NCBI GenBank assembly: GCA_963693365.1 | Contig: CAVNZM010000005.1 | Span: forward strand, 5,153,167-5,217,166 | From: Amoebidium appalachense | Lineage: Eukaryota > Protista > Ichthyosporea | Reading direction: 5' to 3' | DNA: 64,000 nt | Position numbers and translations under genes: made by a program | Notes under the pieces: model-generated | Told to the model about the DNA's origin: nothing | Seen by the model: only the letters and a program-made list of their open reading frames with translations | The model's database searches: none | In this document: one piece after another, positions 35,004 through 64,000 of the stretch | Layout of the letters: the number at the start of each line of letters is the position of its first letter | Position numbering within the stretch: position 1 is the first letter of the stretch

Positions 35004-35780
35004 CTAAAGCTTTCTACGTTTAGCATTCTGCTGCTGTTCCATTTTCTCTCGGAGAGCCAACATACGCTTGCGTGTATTCTCGTGTTCACACAGTTTCTGT
35101 TCGTCAACTGGCTCCTCCTCCATATCCTTGAGAAGGTTCACCGACGACTCGGGTCCAGGGAGCGTCTCTTGAGACGGATATGAATCCAGTTCTTCCTGCG
35201 TTTCATCGAGTCTACGTAAGCGTGCAGAGAGCGAAGACTCGGAGGACCCGGAAGAATCGCTTTCCTCACCATCATCTGTCAACGTACAGAAAACAGGATA
35301 ACCGCCCAGGGGGCCAGCACGTAGCCGGGGAAGCATGTGGAGCACATCCCCGTCTACAATATTGCATTCTTTCAAGGATTTGCTGCCGTCACGAAGCTCA
35401 GCACCGGTCTTCCTCACGACAAGTTGAAGACGGGAGGGGGGGACACCCGTGAACGAGCTCACAGTGAGAATCACAGATGAGATCTTGTCGGTATCGCGCA
35501 CACGCACACGGCAAGCTATGCCCATACTAGATCTAATCCGTATGTGATAGCTGTTTTGTTGCGGCGTTTGTTGCACTACGCTGGGTCGTCGAACTAAAGT
35601 ACGCGAAACCCTTTGAGAAAGAGCACTTGGGCGTGCAAAAACTGGGGTTGTGAGTGGCCTTGGTGCAGCCACAGTGGTCGCTTCTCCATTAGTATTTTCC
35701 TGTGCGGGCGTTGGCACAGCAGGCGAGGCAATAGCCTGGCTAGTTTCATCCCTCTCAAATTGCTTTAGGTTTTCAGCCAT
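35004..35780 (-). CDS. Ubiquitin-like domain protein, ZFAND4/ANUBL1-like N-terminal half
   Basis: 258-aa ORF. Ubl fold HIRIRSSMG..VRVRDTDKISSV..GVPPSRLQL..ELRDG..SLKECNIVDGDVLHMLPRLRAGP; C-terminal helix ENTRKRMLALREKME recalls ZFAND4. An acceptor-like TTTCGTAG lies 12 nt upstream of the ATG, suggesting a 5' intron. Confidence 0.8.
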   Translation of the reverse strand: MAENLKQFERDETSQAIASPAVPTPAQENTNGEATTVAAPRPLTTPVFARPSALSQRVSRTLVRRPSVVQQTPQQNSYHIRIRSSMGIACRVRVRDTDKISSVILTVSSFTGVPPSRLQLVVRKTGAELRDGSKSLKECNIVDGDVLHMLPRLRAGPLGGYPVFCTLTDDGEESDSSGSSESSLSARLRRLDETQEELDSYPSQETLPGPESSVNLLKDMEEEPVDEQKLCEHENTRKRMLALREKMEQQQNAKRRKL

Positions 35781-37422
35781 TTTAATCGTGTCCTACGAAA
35801 CGTGAAACTACAACAATCAATCAACATACGAAAACAAGACAAAAGAACTACTCCCCCATGATGTGTGAAAAAAGCTTTTATAGCAGAGTAAGAATGCCAA
35901 CCAAAGTGGCTGAGTCATAGCATGATATGTAGCAAATCAAATGTCACCCTTCGACCATTTGGCTCAACTTCTTCAGGGTTCCCTGTGAACGCAAACTGGC
36001 TTACAGCAAAAATGGCACGAGAACCACAAAAGTGGCATAAATATAAGCAGTAAAAAGGTAAATATGAATTTTCAAAAGAGTTTTAGCGAAGCTGAGGGCC
36101 AAAAACGGTTGGAAATGGATTCGACATTTGGGCCTTTCCAAGAATTCTCGATAAAAACAATGATAGTTTATCCTAAGCTTGGCCAATCCCTGAATTCCCA
36201 TGGTCAAGGCATGGCCAATTTTTCCAGAACCACGAGCGATTGGCGTGAGCTTCAAACCGCGACCAATCGTTTCATGGTAAAATACCCATAGCCAATCGCT
36301 ATCTGCACCATAAATCAAGCATGATAAAGATCCAATTAGCATATTTTGCTTTCGCTGGCAAAAACCCACAAGTTGTTTCGTCGCCAATGAAAGCGCGCTA
36401 GATAAAAGCTGTAAGCTGCGCCTCCGATAGCAGCTTTTCAATTCGAAGGAGAGTATTACATTATTGGTATACTAAAAATAAAAATACAGCATATCATGCT
36501 TTCATCACATAGAGATTTAACACGTTTTTAATATTTATTTTGTGGTTCTCCTGGCCGATTTCCTACATGCATCTCGTGACCCAAGAACACAAAGATACGA
36601 GATCCCTGTGCGATTGTTGGGTGTCACAAGTTGGGCAAAAATGCCCCCCTGTATCATGCCTTCGGCATTTTCAATTTGCATTCCCATTTTCACAGGTCAA
36701 TGTTGTCGTTTGAAGGCATATTAAACTGTATTGCACATACAGTATAATTACAAAAAAATAAAGTCTTGGAAATAGAAACGAAGTATTAGATTTACAGCCC
36801 AAAAACAGACCATTCAATTTCTCAAAGAACGAAGTGTAGAAAAGTCACATATGACCTACTGATCTAGGGGGAGACTGTGAGCCATACGCCAATCAGTAAG
36901 GTTTACGCTGCTCACGAAATCAGCGATGATCATTCCCCAGCAAGACAGCTAGAGGCAAAAAAAAAAAAAAAAACCAGGAAAAAAGAAAAGAAATTTTTTT
37001 ATGTAAAGTTGAGAAAAAAAGTTATCATGAAACAAAATGAAGCACTTATTAATCGAGACTACGAGGAATACCTTCTTTTGTTCTTTTGTGCACGATCTCA
37101 GCCGGGATGATCAGCACGGCCGCCGGCCGGCGCCAGCAGCTGTACAACATAGTCAAGCAGTATGAAACCCTCATGTACACTAAAAAAATAAAATAAAACA
37201 CTAATAACTGCTTGTCTTACAGCTATTGCTCGCCAGGAATGATTACGTCACCGCTGACAGACTATTTGCACCTAAGACACGAACTTCGAATCTGTGTGAC
37301 GGGCCAGCCAGGTGACCCAAATTCTCAACGCAACTAGCTTGCGGATGATATTAGAATATAGTACTGTGGTCAAGAAACATAATTTGGTGCTGGCCACAAG
37401 CATCTCAGCAACCAATTTCACT

Positions 37423-63712
<26,290 letters not shown>

Positions 63713-63775
63713 GTGAGTGGTGCGCGGGAGTGGAAAAGGGGCAGAGGGGGCGGGAGGAGGGGAGAAAAGGGGGAC

Positions 63776-63809
<34 letters not shown>

Positions 63810-63817
63810 AGAAGGTT

Positions 63818-63866
<49 letters not shown>

Positions 63867-63892
63867 CACGTGTGTGTGTGTCACGTGTGTGT

Positions 63893-63926
<34 letters not shown>

Positions 63927-64000
63927 TGTTTGTGTGTTTGTGTGTTTGTGCAAAAAAAAAAAAAAAAAAAATTGTTGGGGGGGGGGGAGGGGGGGGGGGG

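Noticed and set aside
36009-36562. Imperfect inverted repeat (GAGAACCACAAAA / TTTTGTGGTTCTC) between the Ubl gene and NEMF
   Set aside because: It may be an old MITE, but the ends and TSD could not be defined.

Overview
Eukaryotic genomic DNA, extremely rich in poly-C/G, (CA)n and (CT)n tracts. The animal-like NEMF and TUSC2 sequences suggest a holozoan-type protist, but this is inference only. Nearly all short ORFs in the track are microsatellite artefacts. Host genes: an intronless HPP-family membrane protein (4613-5527,+), a multi-exon TUSC2/FUS1-domain gene (-, about 27.2-30.8 kb, perhaps to 32.6 kb), a ubiquitin-like ZFAND4-type gene (35004-35780,-), and NEMF/Rqc2 (+, from 37423; 30 exons traced by hand, running off the window). 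The left half is a transposon cluster: a non-autonomous hAT plus a 38-bp mini-hAT, a young full-length Ty3/Gypsy chromovirus (6810-14560, TSD GTAAC), a 9.7-kb TIR element carrying a ~185-bp satellite, and a PIF/Harbinger derivative. Best leads: (1) the chromovirus has no TGG-type primer site; its PBS matches the first 16 nt of a tRNA-Ala and also the element's own predicted 5' end; (2) an apparent repeat-based splicing code, with poly-C tracts behind weak donors, (CA)n running into acceptors, and minisatellites built from a donor, a branch point and an acceptor; (3) a poly-C-tailed dispersed repeat seen only in sense orientation in introns.
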